A DNA stretch of 64,000 nt from Octopus vulgaris (GCA_951406725.2 OX597824.1:11346001-11410000), one strand, 5' to 3'. Counted from the first letter of the stretch, positions 14,861 to 28,741 are shown. Made by a program: numbers and translations. The notes: generated by a model from the letters alone, not told the origin.

Positions 14861-15558
14861 CAATCATCCAGAGAAATTTATGATATTTAAATCTTTGATA
14901 GGAATATTAATAATTCAAAAAGAAATGCTTTTACTTTCACGGCAACCCCAACTCATTATTATTAATAACAAGGACCCCCTTTTTTTAACATTGAAGTTTA
15001 CTATTTCAATAACTAAAGTGCATAAATATATTTAGCAGGCTTACAGATGGCATCGGTATACCACAGCTATATTTAGTGTACGACATATATATTCTAAGTA
15101 CATAACAAACTTCTAATATGCCACTAATGTCCTGAGTGAGTTTTTGGTATCTTTGCTAAATCTCTGACGATATCCTTGGTAAGCTTTAAGTATTTTCTGT
15201 ATGCAGCAGGTATCTACAATATATGTCTGTGGTACACCACAGATATCTTTAGAATGCAACAGACATCCTTAGATTGCTGCAGACATGTGTAGAATGTCGC
15301 AAATATGGGTAGAGCGAAAACTGAGTGGTTGAAGAGTTTGCATTGCAACCACATGCTATGTATCCATATATGCATGTATGTGTATATGTATGTATGTGTG
15401 TATGTATGTATGTATGTATGTATGTATGTGTGTGTGTGTATGTGTGTATATGTGTATGTATGTATGTATGTATGTATGTATGTACGTATGTATGTATGTA
15501 CGTATGTATGTATGTATGTATGTATGTATACATGTATGTATGTATGTGTGTGTATGTA

Positions 15559-15605
<47 letters not shown>

Positions 15606-16611
15606 CTGTATGTATGTAGGTATCTCTCTCTCTTACTTCTTTCAGTCATTTGACTGCGGCCATGCTGGAGCACCACCTTTAGTCGAGCAAATCGACGCCA
15701 GGACTTATTCTTTGGAAGTCTAGTACTTATTCTATCAATCTCTTTTGCTGAACCGCTAAGTTACGGGGACGTAAACACACCACCATCGGTTGTCAAGCGA
15801 TGTTGGGGGGGGGGGGACAAACACAGACGCACAAACATGTACACACACACACATATATATATATACATATATACGACGGGCTTCCTTCAGTTTCCGTCTA
15901 CCAAATCGACTCACAAGGCTTTGGTCGGCTCGAGGCTATAGTAGAAGACACTTGCCCAAGATGCCATGCAGTGGGACTGAACCCGGAACCATGTGGTTGG
16001 TAAGCAAGCGACTTACCACACAGCCACTCCTGTGCCTATATGTATCTAGGTGCTTACATATACATGCATGTATTTGTGTTTGTGTGTATTTTTCACTAAT
16101 TTATTTTTGACAAAGATACAAACGTCTTTGAGAAAGCTGAAGAAATGGTATTTGGAAAATGAAGCCCCTTGCATCAGAACTGACAAACTCCTGTAACTCT
16201 CACCATTGGAAATCTAGTAAATCAGTGATTGACCTGCTGGAAACCAGTGTTAATGCTCACAAACTGCAATATGAGAGGGGAAAAAATGAGTAAATAAAAA
16301 ACCCTTGTATCATAGAAAATTTTCACTTTCAGCTGATATCCTTGAAGTAACACACAAGTATTGATATCTTTAGTAAGTCGTGGGTGTCTTTATTATACTG
16401 AAATGGTTTTTGTTTTGCCTATAGTTTAGAAAAACATCTAAACTGAAAAGCAGAATAAATAAGTCTTTGAGAAAATTGAACCACATGGTTCCGGGTTCAG
16501 TCCCACTGAGTGGCACCCTGGGCAAGTGTCTTCTACTATAGTCTTGGGCCGACCAAAGCCTTGTGAGTGGATTTGGTAGATGGAAACTGAAAGAAGCCCG
16601 TTGTATATATG

Positions 16612-16646
<35 letters not shown>

Positions 16647-17089
16647 CTGTATTTGTCCTCCCAACATCGCTTGACAACCGATGATAGGGTGTTTATATCC
16701 CCGTAACTTAGTAACTCAGTAAAATAGACCAATAAAATAAGTACTAGGCTTACAAAGAATAAGTCCTGGGGTCAATTTGTGCTCCAGCATGGCCACAATC
16801 AAATGACTGAAACAAGTAAAAGAGTAAAAGAGTTATGTGTATTCTTTATTCTAGGTTTTATTTGTTTTTTTTTTGTTTCATTCATTGAACTCTGGTCATA
16901 CTGAAGTACCATATATATATACGATGGACTTCTTTCAGTTTCTGTATATGATATCCACTCGCAAGACTATAGTAGAAGACACTTGCCCAAGGTGCTATAC
17001 AGCGGGACTGAACCCAGAACCATTTGGTTGGGAAGTAAACTTCTAACTACACAGCCACACTTGTGCCCATATATATATACATACATACA

Positions 17090-17430
17090 TACCAGTGTCG
17101 CCTTACTGGCACGTGAACAAAACATTCGAGCGAGGTCGTTGCCAGTGCCGCTGGACTGGCTCCTGTGCAGGTGGCACGTAAAAAACACCATTTTGAGCAT
17201 GGTCATTGCTAGTACCGCCTGACTGGCCCTCGTGCTGGTGGCAAGTAAAAGCACCCACTACACTCCTGGAGTGGTTGGCGATAGGAAGGGCATCCAGCTG
17301 TAGAAACTCTGCCAGATCAGATTGGGGCCTGGCACAGCCATCTGGTTCGCCAGCCCTCAGTCAAATCGTCCAACCCATGCTAGCATGGAAAGCGGACGTT
17401 AAATGATGATGATGATGATGATGATGATGA
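17090..17430 (+). mobile_element. Retroposon family C (RTE-type 3' end, (GAT)n tail)
   Basis: ggttggcg.taggaagggcatccagctgtagaaac...acgttaaatgatgatgat. Copies at ~6670, 9290 and 47555 (-), and 60110 and 61360 (+). Confidence 0.7.
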
Positions 17431-17458
17431 TACATACATACACACATATATATATATG

Positions 17459-17490
<32 letters not shown>

Positions 17491-17898
17491 TGTATGTATA
17501 TATTATCACCATCATTATTTAATGTCTGTTTTCCCATGCATACATGGATAGGACTATCGACAGGAGCTGGCCAGGCTACCGTGTCTGCTTTGGCAGGGTT
17601 TTTACATCCCATCTACCAAAATTCATTCTCCTGGCATGATGCTGCAGTAGAAGAAAACCTGCCCAAGGTGTTGCACTATGGAGTTGAACCCAGCAACAAG
17701 TGATCAGAAAGCAAGTTACTTTAACCTCATAGTCACACTCAAGACTGATGGTGGTGGTAGTGGTGGTGGTGGTGGTGGTGGTGGTTATTAAGAAGTGCCA
17801 TTTCTTGATAGAGTCACAACCTATGGTGGAACAAAAGGGTAAGCATGAAGCTGTATTATGTAAAATTACAGTAGATGGTTGGTGCTTGGTTGGGGAGT

Positions 17899-18280
17899 GG
17901 AGGCGCAATGGCCCAGTGGTTAGGGCAGCGGACTCGCGGTCGTAGGATCGCGGTTTCAATTCCCAGACCGGGCATTGTGAGTGTTTATTGAGCGAAAACA
18001 CCTAAAAGCTCCACGAGGCTCCGGCAGGGGTTGGTGGTGATCCCTGCTGTACTCTTTCACCACAACTTTCTCTCACTCTTTCTTTCTGTTTCTGTTGTAC
18101 CTGTATTTCAAAGGGCCAGCCTTGTCACACTCTGTGTCACGCTGAATCTCCTCGAGAACTACGTCAAGGGTATACGTGTCTGTGGAATGCTCAGCCACTT
18201 GCACGTTAATTCCACGAGCAAGCTGTTCCGTTGATCGTATCAGCTGGGACCCTCATCGTCGTAACCGACGGAGTGCTCCT
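17899..18280 (+). mobile_element. tRNA-headed SINE family D
   Basis: Head ggcgcaatggcccagtggttagggcagcggac...ggtttcaattccc, 12-bp TSD tggttggggagt. Related heads at ~4250, 5980 and 49305 (-). Confidence 0.8.
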
Positions 18281-18897
18281 ATGGTTGGGGAGTAATTAAA
18301 ACATTAATTTGTTTTCGCTTACTCTGGTAGGTATGACTTGACTCGACTCTATGTAACATCAGGCCAGTTGTTGTGTCAATAAAGCTATTTAAACAACTGA
18401 CAATAAAGAAATCATACAATTGCAGCAGAGTCAATAAAGCTTAGTGAGAGGAAAGTCAGAGAAGTGGAGACAATTACTAATGATCACTAATATTGTATTG
18501 ACACAGCCACTGTGATTATGGCTGTGTGGGCAAGGAGTTTGCTTCCTGGTCAGGAGGTCATGGGTTCAGTCCTGCCGTGTGGCACCTTAGGTAAGTGTCT
18601 TCTAGTATAACCACAGACCAACCTTGTGAGTGAATTTGTGTGTGAGTGAGTGTGTGTGTATGTGTGTGTGTGTGTGTGTGTGTGAGTGTGTGTGTGTGTG
18701 TGCCCTTGTCTTTACAGCATGTAATGGTCATAAAGGAATATCTCCATCCTGGAGAACAGGTGAGGGGTTTGCAACAGGAAGGGCATCCAGCTGTAGAAAA
18801 ATCTCTCCTCCACAAATTTTGTCCGATGCATACAAGCATGGAATGGTTGACTTTAAATGATGATGATAATGATGATGATGATGATGATGATGGTGAC

Positions 18898-18931
<34 letters not shown>

Positions 18932-19744
18932 GCGGTAATGATGATGATGTGGATAATGATGAGATGACAGCTTCTCTACATTTATGGGTGCATGGATGAG
19001 AAGTTTTCTTTCCTACCCTGTGGTTCCAGGTTTTGCCCATTCATCATCATCATCATCATCCTTGTCTAACATCCGCCTTCAATGCTGGCACGGGTGGGAC
19101 AGTTTGCCAGGAACTGACCAGGCAGGAACCTGCGCTAAACTTCAGTAACTGTTTTGGCAGGATTTTTACTGCTGGATGCCCTTCCTGACATCAAATACTC
19201 AGCTGAGAGGAGTTAGTGCTTTTTAGGTCAGTTTTGGCAAGGTTTTTACAGCTGGATGCCCTTCCGAACACCAACCACTTTACAGTCTGGACTGGATGCT
19301 TTTTAAGTGGCACCTGCACTGACAGGGTCACCAAGTAACTTGCAAGACAAAAATCTTTTGCGAGGGGAAGGGACATTGGAGGAGGTGGTCTTGTGTCAGA
19401 TGGTGAAAGGTTATAGTGAGACAGACAGGCGGAAACAGGTGTCTTGCTGTGGAGGAGGTACAAGGTTACATGGCCAGAGAGAGAGGGGAGAGAGACAGGG
19501 AAAGGAAGAGAGAGTGAGGGGAGAGAGAGGGAGGGAAAGAAAGAGAGAGAGAGAGAAAGAAAGAAAGAGGGAGAGAGGGAGAGAGAGAGGGAGAGAGAGA
19601 AAGAGAGAGAGAGAGCGAGAGAGAAAAAATGAAGACAGAAACAGGTGTGCTGCTGTGAAGGCTTCCTATGCTATTTTAATGAAGCTTGTCAAAGTTTCCT
19701 ATTCTGTTTTAATGGAGTGTGACCAATATTTTAACAATGAAATT

Positions 19745-20145
19745 ATTGTATACAGTGCTCAGGTGCACCACAACTTGTCAAAAGTGCGTATAAAGCATAT
19801 GCAGTAACGTACAAATGTCGGAAAGTGAACAGTGTATGAGTCAGATACATGCTTGTGTGTGTATGGAGGGAAGAAAATCAGGTGTAGTGTTGGCGAATCT
19901 CAGGAAGCATGGAAGTTTTGAAGGATGCAGTGCTCCGACAACTAACAACTGATGCCAGCAGTTTGTTCCATGCTTCAGCAACTCTTAGCGTGAAAAAATG
20001 TTTCCGAAAGTCATGGGAGCCGTGCTGTTTTCTGACTTTGTAGTCATGTCCACAGGTGTTTGACAGGTGGAGTTTGAAAAGGTGATCAGAGTTATTGTTT
20101 GTAAGATTGTTAATAAATTTATGGGTGTCTGCCATGAGTGTGAGT
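19745..20145 (-). mobile_element. CR1-group LINE 3' fragment, same family
   Basis: ORF 19878-20180 is nearly the same peptide as 56647-56940. Confidence 0.85.
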
Positions 20146-20571
20146 CGAATTTGGTGGACAACAATTGCATGAAAGCTCATAACATGTGTATGTGGTGTGT
20201 GTGTGTGTGTGTCTTAAGAACAGATATATATTGCTAAAAATTATAGACGTTGGTTGTGGGGAAAAAAATGGAGGGTTTTTTTTCAATAAAGTTGTTCGTG
20301 ATATTTATTCTAGAACGGCTGTCTAGTTAAGAAACACACTTTGCAATCCCTTGGTTCCAGGTTCTGTCCTGCTCACTGTATGGCACTTTGGCCAAGTGTC
20401 TTTTACTATAGTCCAACAATGCTCAGTGCCTTGTGAGTGAATTTGGTAAATGGAAACAGTGGAGAAACCTGTTTTGTATATATATATATATATATGATGA
20501 TGATGATGATATATATGAGTGAGTGGACAAATAAAAGAAGGGCACTCAACCATTTTATTGGGAATTACATG

Positions 20572-20719
20572 TATGGATCAAAAAAGTTTGATTCAAATTC
20601 GTTGGTACTGTTGAGTTTCAAGCATGATGCTAATTGTCAGCTGTTTTTGGCTGATGACTATCATCACACTTGAAACTCAAGAGTACCCACGAATTTGAAT
20701 CAAACTGTTTTGATCCATA
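20572..20719. repeat. ~150-bp imperfect palindrome of two head-to-head degenerate hammerhead copies
   Basis: + arm: tgg-CTGATGA(20651)...GAAA-ctcaagag-TA-ccca. - arm: CTGACAA-ttagcatcatgctt-GAAA-ctcaacag-TA-ccaa. Followed by (TA)n. Confidence 0.7.
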
Positions 20720-20843
20720 TATATATATATATATATATCAAGTTAATCCAAACATGAAAATACAAAGAGAAAACACCACAACACGAGGACGTGGAACAAG
20801 TATAGTGTTATTGGACGCTCAGGAAAGGAAAGAAAGAAGGAGG

Positions 20844-20878
20844 ATTTAACGTTTAGAGCGGAGCTCTTCGTCAGAAAC
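20844..20878 (-). ncRNA. Minimal hammerhead motif with a G12->U lesion
   Basis: Minus strand: gttt-CTGACGA-a-GAGC-tcc-GCTC-TAA-ACGT-T-aaat, with TAAA where GAAA is expected. Confidence 0.6.
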
Positions 20879-20961
20879 ATAGGGAAAGGAAAGATCCAAG
20901 GAAGGGAAGATGGAGGGAAAAAAAAATCGCCAAAGATACACACGCGATCACATATTGAATC

Positions 20962-21036
<75 letters not shown>

Positions 21037-21046
21037 CATACATACT

Positions 21047-21515
21047 CTCTTGGAAATGTGTGGCATATTCAGTATAGAGGCTTTCTTGATCAAGTTTCAG
21101 AAGCGATGCTGTAGACACATCCTTTGTATGAATAGTGGTCAAATACCAAAACAAATCTTTTATGGTCAGCTTGTAAATTTATGATGTAATGTAGGCCGGC
21201 CACTTCTATAGTATAAGAACAAATTAAAACATTAAAAGAAAACTTTCAGAATCTTGAGGGAAACCATATAAACTGGAGGGGAAAGTGCTTTTTCCAGCTT
21301 CAAAATTTCAAAATCCAAAGGATACAACATGAAGAAGAGTTACAGGAAAATAAGAAACGAAATGAACAGAACAATCTTCCCACAAGCCACCATTGTCCAC
21401 ATTGTGATTTCTCAGCTGGATCACATGCTGGTTTAATAAGTCATGATCATGTTCTTATCCATATTGCTTCTGGTGGCCTGGGGACTCACATGAGGAGTCA
21501 CCAGGTGAAGTGAAT
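21047..21515 (+). mobile_element. Degraded RTE-clade LINE ORF C-terminus
   Basis: Broken frames give [12 protein letters not shown]...[10 protein letters not shown] and a terminal HCPHCDFSAGSHAGLISH zinc-finger-like segment. Confidence 0.65.
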
Positions 21516-21521
21516 GAATTG

Positions 21522-21931
21522 CTCTTTTACTCTTTTACTTGTTTCAGTCATTTGACTGTGGCCATGCTGGAGCACCGCCCTTAGTCGAGCAAATCAACCC
21601 CAGGACTTATTGTTTGTAAGCCTAGTACTTGTTCTATCGGTCTCTTTTGCCGAACCGCTAAGTTACGGGGATGTGAAGACACCAGCATTGGTTGTCAAGC
21701 GATGTTGGGGGGGGGGGGAGGACAAAAACAGACACACAAACATACACACACACACACACACATATATACAACAGGCTTCTTTCAGTTTCCGTCTACCAAA
21801 TCTACTCACAAGGCTTTGGTCGGCCCGAGGCTATAGTAGAAGACACTTGCCCAAGATACCAGACAGTGGGACTGAACCCGGAACCATGTGGTTGGTAAGC
21901 AAGCTACTTACCACACAGCCACTCCTACGCC
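21522..21931 (-). mobile_element. SINE family A, full-length copy
   Basis: Reverse complement of the 3319 element. Confidence 0.85.
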
Positions 21932-22931
21932 TATTGTAAACATTGGTGAATGGCCAGATTGGAGCAATCTCAAGTATGGTGAGCCTCAAAATTATAGGGA
22001 TGTAAACACATTGGCACTAGTTTTCAAGTGGTGGTGGTGGTGGGACAAATACACACACACCTGCACACCTACACACATATATACAGTAGGCTTCTTTCAG
22101 TTTTTGTCTACCAAATCAACTCACAAGGCTTTGGTCGACCCAAGGTAATAGCAGAAGACACTTGTCCAAGGTGCCAGGCAATGGTGCCAGGCAATGCCGG
22201 GCAATGCCAGGCAATGGGATTGAACCTGGTAGAGAAGCAAACTTCTTAACTACACAATCCTGATTAGCATGATACAGTGTAGCACAAATTCCTGTCCTAC
22301 CATTAGAGCTCCATTGATAAATAATCCTTTCTACTATAGGCACAAGACCTGAAATTTGGTGGGAAGGGACTAGTCGATTACATCGACCCAGTGCATAACT
22401 GGTACTTAATTTATCGACCCTCAAAGGATGAAATGCAAAGTCGACCTCGGCAGAATTCGAACTCAGTATGTAGCGACGGGTCCATTGACAATTAATGTCA
22501 TATCATCATCATCATCATCGTTTTATGGTCCACTTTTTCTTGCTGGTATGAGTTGAATGGAGTTTATTGGGCATGAGCTAGACAGGTTTTCTATAACCAA
22601 ACACCTTTCCTGTTGCCAGCCCTTACCTGTTTCCTAGTAGAATATTATTCACCTGTGGTCAGAGATGTTTTCATGGAAGATTGAAAATAAAATACACCAC
22701 ATGTATGATGGTGATGTGCATTTACATATATCACATGATGTTAAAACAAGGGCACACCCATATATTTGTACATACATATACATGCATACATTTCGTTTTG
22801 GGGTCACCACTACTTTATTATCTACCTTCCTTCCTAGCTCTCCTGTGTGACCCTTCTGTCCGGCATTCGCCATGATAGATCGCTAGCCACTACACAACCT
22901 TTATTTTCTCTCCTTGTTTCTTTCAATGTTC

Positions 22932-22967
22932 CTTTCTGTGGAAGAGCATAGGCTCGAAACGTTAAAG
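22932..22967 (+). ncRNA. Minimal hammerhead-like motif with variant core CUGUGGA
   Basis: cttt-CTGTGGA-a-GAGC-atag-GCTC-GAA-ACGT-T-aaag. Same layout as the 20844 motif. Confidence 0.55.
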
Positions 22968-23054
22968 ACTTTTCATTTCCCAAGTGTTATACTAATACAT
23001 CTGTTTGTTGTCTACACCACCTGTCTTTGTCTTTTGTTTTTTTGTGAATTCTCC

Positions 23055-23101
<47 letters not shown>

Positions 23102-25436
23102 TGCATATATATCTATACATACATGTATATACACACATGCATACATACATATCTATACATATATGTATATACACGTGTGCACTCATGCATGCTTACATAT
23201 ATATGGCTTGCCAAATCCACTTACAAAGTTTTGGTAGGTGCAGGGCTATAGTTAAAGACACTTTCCCAAAGTTTTACTGTTGGTTTTCTAAGAATATGGT
23301 TGAAGGTTTTTGAAAATTTAGACATTTTTATATTGTTAGAATAATTTTTTTTTAAATGTTATTTTGTGTGGTCATTTAATACCTCTCACAATAGTCTTTT
23401 ATTATTTTAGTAGTCAACTAGTTAATCTGTCTTGTTATTGTTTAATCAACAGGTCAGTACTGATTGAACAGACTGATGCTCAGAGACTGTCCGATTATGA
23501 TAATCCAGCCTTCTTTCAGGCGTAGTGTACCTAAGACTACATTATCAAATATGTCCTTCATTTCCTTAAGATAGTAGTTCTTCAGTTTGTTTCAGCCATC
23601 ACAGGGTTGCCTAAAGCATCATCTTCAAATAGGGGTGCAGTTGTTAGAAAATTGAGGGAACAGTCTGTACAGGGTGCCTATTCATGCCAGCAGCTTGCAA
23701 GACTACAAATTCCAAGTGGGGCTCACTCTATTGCAAGCATTCAGGCCAGATCCCTGGTTTTGGGATAGCTTCCTCTCTTGCTCCCATCAGCCTGGGTGGC
23801 CTTGAAAAAATAAAGGTCATGGACACCGCTCTTCTTTTCATGACCAACTAGTAAAAAAAACAAACAAACAACTAATTCTTTGATATTTTGCCATTTAGGT
23901 TGACTATTTGTCTGAATGACACCTTTATGCTTTATTTATATACCTTATATCCTAAAAGACGGTATCGTGATTTGGCAACGAATCGTAACTCTCATAGAAG
24001 CAGATAAGAATGATAGAAGAAAGCCAAAGAAAGATGAAGATGTGGTCAGGTGATAATTAAGCTCTGTGAGACTTGTAAATGGCATATGATGGCATAATTG
24101 AGATACGGGAAGAATATTATATTGCAGACCTACCCAAATTATACCAATATGATAATAATAAAAGTCTCAAACTCAATGATTTATCAAAATGCTCCAAATT
24201 AAAATAATTATTAAACTATAATATGTTACCATTAATAATAAATCTATGTTGAAGCAATCCCTAAAGTTGTAGCATTATACACTAAATTTGTATATTGAGT
24301 TCTTGATTTTTTTTTTTCTTTCTTTTTCATTCAAATAAGCTTTTACTCAAAGAAAGCTCAAAATGTAAGAATCAACTTGCGATGCAGTAGTTTTCAACTG
24401 ACCGTTTTCGAAGTTTGTCTTTCAGAAATATTCCGGCACTTCTGTTCACCTTACACTGTCCAGCATGGTATATAAGCCACGTACGATAATAATGAGATAT
24501 TTTGTAAGTGCCGTTTTCGAATGGTACTGCAGAGAAAAGATTTATTTCTTCCTAGTGAATATGCCTAACTGTTTTTTTTTTTTTTGAAACCATTCCGTTA
24601 AGTAAAACACCTGGAGATAGCAGTAATTGCTAGCTGGCGGTCCCAGATGAAGACCTAGGAATAACTCAGAAATATCGATTTTTAACATGAATAGCGCAAA
24701 AATATTGATAGTCAAAAGTGAAATGAGATTACGTAAATTTGAAGTTTTGAATTGTTTTACAGTTGTTATTTTAAGAATAACTGATCGTCTATCGATGCTT
24801 CCACTGAATTCTTGAATATGCTTTCGAAAAAAACTCCACAGAGTCCTCAATGCCATCCAGATATTTTATGTAAAGATTGATGTAGATGGTGAATGGTGCG
24901 GAGCTCTTTGAAAGATGCATTGAGGTCGTCAGTAAGTAAATACAGCTGTGACCAGCAGGGAGGTCATCGTGGTGAGGGTTGGTCGGTCGATGACAGAGTG
25001 GTTATTATTGCCGGGAAAAAATGTAAACAAAATGAGCGAGATTGAATCCATAGGTGTAACACGAAATAGAAAGTGGTGTTCTAGTGTTAACCAACCGCAG
25101 TTAGTTTAATATAGCATGCCAAAATGTTGACAGTTGCAACAAGAAATATTACACAACGTGTATGTTAGGCGAAGAAAAGATCTGATATATATATTGTGGT
25201 TATTGATATTGGAGCGGGTCCTTTACCGGTTAGAATGTAAATACCCCGTCAATTCAAAAATGAATGGAAGAACGATTGCAGGGGGGAAGATATAGTGAAA
25301 GGAACCACTGGCTGGACTTGGAATTATCGTTGGAATTACGAGTGGATGCGTCTTGTGCGACGTGTCTTTGCAACAAAACAAATGACAAAATGAATAAAAG
25401 AGAGAAAAGAAATATACGGAATGGTTGCACGCTTAC

Positions 25437-25643
25437 CTTGGCTAAAATCTGCCAACGTTGCATGGCAACGGCCCCGTTGATAATTCCGTCGTTTTCAGTT
25501 GGCTTTTTCGTCTTGTTGTCTCCAGTTGATTGGACATGATGTGGATGCTGCAGTTGTGCAGCTGTAGCAGAAGGCACTTGGCTTCCTATCGCCGTTTCTT
25601 CTTTGCCACTGTCCGTGTCGGAGCGTATTCTTGCGGGCTCCAT
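25437..25643 (-). CDS. CAMKMT: Probable first coding exon of calmodulin-lysine N-methyltransferase
   Basis: ATG in aaaaccATGG context, 69 codons ending AVAMQRWQILAK, then the donor AAG|gtaagc. Resembles the CAMKMT N-terminal 'ARWKLLRQ/RWKILAK' motif. Sits in CpG-rich unique DNA. No downstream exon was recognised in the window, so identity rests on a short motif. Confidence 0.55.
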
Positions 25644-25790
25644 GGTTTTGAATACGGAAACTGCTAAAACCAGAGATCACGCTCTGTCGACTCCTCGCTC
25701 CTCCCCTGCCGAACTGTAACCACTAAAACCGTGCACAACGACCATAGAGATGATAAGCAAACGCGCACACGCACATGCACTAGACTCGTC
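25644..25790 (-). promoter_or_regulatory. Putative 5'UTR/proximal promoter of the 25643 gene
   Basis: Non-repetitive, CpG-rich sequence immediately upstream of the ATG. No specific motif claimed. Confidence 0.3.
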
Positions 25791-26039
25791 GCATGTATAT
25801 GTGTGTATATATGTATATATATATATATGTGTGTATATGTATATATATGTGTGTGCGCGTGTATGTATGTATGTATGTATATATAGCGTTGATATGTGCG
25901 TTTGTATTTGCCGTGTATTGTTAGTATAATAAATGAACAGAGCGTAGATTTATGATGTTATACATGTGTCTGCTTGCATTAACGTGTGTACAATGTGGTC
26001 GCTAAGGAGCCTTTAGTAGTTGTAATCACATTTGTTATT

Positions 26040-26065
26040 CTTGCTAATTCTTATCTCTCTTTTCT

Positions 26066-26098
<33 letters not shown>

Positions 26099-26909
26099 TT
26101 CTCTCTCTCTCCCTTATCGCTTGTTCTCTTTAACACTCCTCTCTGCTTGTCCATTTTCCTTTCTCTTTCTCTCTTCCTGTTCATCTCGCCTTAATCCTTT
26201 CTGATTTTTTTCCCCTCACCCACCCCCTTTTTTTTTTATTTTAATCCACTTGTGTAGAAATAATTAATTAATTAAATAAATAAACAAATAATCCAATAAT
26301 CAATCAATCAGAAGCCAAAAAAAGAAAGAAAAAAGAAAAAGAAACCAGGTGAAATGTGTGACTGTAAATTTGTTTATGAGAGGAAGGAGAGAAAGTTTTA
26401 GAGAAAGAAAGAAATACAATAACAAAAACACAGGTTGTTACTCTGAAGAAGGAAGCTTAATAATAGAGAGAGGAGGAGGTGATGAGAGAAAGAAGGGGAG
26501 GGAGAGAGTGTAAGAATTAGTGGAGATGGTGGTGCGAAAGAGAGGGTTAAGGAGAAAGGGCGACGGGGGGAGATATGACACGAGGGTTAAGAGTGGTGGC
26601 GGGAGTGGAAAGAGAGAAAGAAAAAGCAGGAGAGGAAAGGAGGGTGAGAGTGAGTGTGGTAGTATGAATAAGGAGTGAGGGAGGGTGGTGTATTGAGAAA
26701 CATGCAGAGAGAGAGAGAGAGAGAGGGGGGGAGATGAGGAGAAAGAGAGAAAGAAATGAGCCAGTGGAAGAAGAGGAACGGGAAAAGAGAGAGGGATGGG
26801 CTTAATGCAGCAGTAAAGAGAGCAAGTTATTAAATAGAAAGTCAGAGAGAGATGACAGAGAGAGAGGGGGGGGAGAGAGAGAAAGAGAGAGAGAGAAGCT
26901 TGTGTATTA

Positions 26910-26950
<41 letters not shown>

Positions 26951-27736
26951 GAAAGAATATAGAAAGAGAAGAAGAAGAAGAAGAAGAAGGTGATAAAATG
27001 CGATTGCCGGTGATTCCAAACTGTTGAAGAGACCAACCTACCGATGTAAGCCGGCGTTTTAATTGTTCTTGTTGCTGTTATTAGTAAAATAGATGAAGAT
27101 TACAGACGCATCAACGGTTTAAACCCTACTCACTCGCTCCCTCTCTCTATCTCTTTCTCTCTTTGTTTTTATCTATCTGTCTATCTTTCTCCTCCCTTTG
27201 CAGTAGTCTTCTTCATCCTTACTTTCACTCCGTCTCTCTCTCTCTCTCTCTCTCTCTTTTTCTCTCATTCCTTACTCTCTCATTTATTCCATCTCTCTTT
27301 TTCTCTGTTCACGTTTTAATCTCTCCATCGATGCGGTTTGCTTCTCCCTGTCTTTCTTTTCCTCTTGTTCTACTCTCTTCTCCTCCCTCTCTGTCTCTTC
27401 CTTCTACCTCTCTGTCTCTTCCCCTCTTTCTCTGTCTCTCCCCTTCCCTCTCTGTCTCTTCTTCCTACCTCTCTGTCTCTTCCCTTCTTTCTCTGTCTCT
27501 TCCCCCTCCCTCTCTGTCTCTTCCCCCTCCCTCTCTGTCTTTTCCTCCTACCTCTCTGTCTCTTCCCCTCTCTCTCTGTCTCTTCCCCTCTTTCTCTGTC
27601 TCTTCCCCCTCCCTCTCTGTCTCTGTTCTTACGACTTTCTTCTCCCGCAACATCGCTATAACACTGTTTATCAATTTCGCATTTCGCTGATCTCCCCCCC
27701 TCTCTCTCTCTCCCTATCAACCAGTCTATCTGTCTT

Positions 27737-27787
<51 letters not shown>

Positions 27788-27842
27788 GTCTCTCTGTCTT
27801 TCTCTGTCTCTCTCTATCTATCTATCTGTCTCTCTGTCTCTC

Positions 27843-27873
<31 letters not shown>

Positions 27874-28555
27874 GTGTGTGCGTGCGTGCATCCATGCATG
27901 CGTGTGTGTGTGCATGTGTATGTGTGTGTATGTGTGCATCTGAGTATCCCTTCATTCAAATATACTCCTTCCTTCACGCTCGGCTATATCTCTTGTCATA
28001 AAGTCACATTCATTATTTCACTTCCTCAAACACACAATTTCCTTCACTCTCTTTCTCGCTCTTTCTCTTCTCTCCTCCTCCCCTTCTTTCTCCCATCTAT
28101 CAATCTATCCCTCCATCCCTTTATCCCCCCCTCTATATCACTTCCCCTTATACTCTCTACACTCCTCCCCCCATACCTTCTTTTACACTATTCGACCTTC
28201 TCGCTTGCTCCCCTCTATTATATCTTTTACACCGATACCTCTACGCACACTTCATTCCTTTCTCTCTCCCTTTCTCTCTTTCTCTCTCCCCGCTCTTATT
28301 GTTTCATTCTCTTTCTTTCTCTCCTCTTACTCTCACTCTCTCTCTCTCCCCCTTTCTCACACACTTTACCACTTCCTTCCCCTCCAGCTCTAAACTCTGA
28401 CAGAAAGAGGCCAGTAGGTAGTAAGGTGGTGGTGGCGGTGGTGGTGGTGGGGACAGCGGAGAATATGACTTCGTTGCGATTTCAATTATTGATCTTATTA
28501 AGTCATATTGCGCGCGCGTACACACACACACACACAGGTGCATACACACATGCGC

Positions 28556-28590
<35 letters not shown>

Positions 28591-28741
28591 TATATACATA
28601 CATACATACATACACACATACATACTTATGCGAACACATGCATCCCGCGATGCACAACTGATTTGTATTCACACATCTACAGAGCCAACCGGTCGATGAG
28701 TCATCGTCCACTAATATTTTGGAAGTATAACATCTACACAC

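Noticed and set aside
24447-24527. Good minus-strand acceptor (tcttttctctgcag) as a candidate CAMKMT exon 2
   Set aside because: The in-phase translation YHSKTALTKYLIIIVRGLYTMLDSVR* shows no methyltransferase similarity.
28462-28510. aatatgactt...aagtcatatt hairpin as a pre-miRNA
   Set aside because: Only ~10 bp of clean stem and no recognisable mature miRNA.
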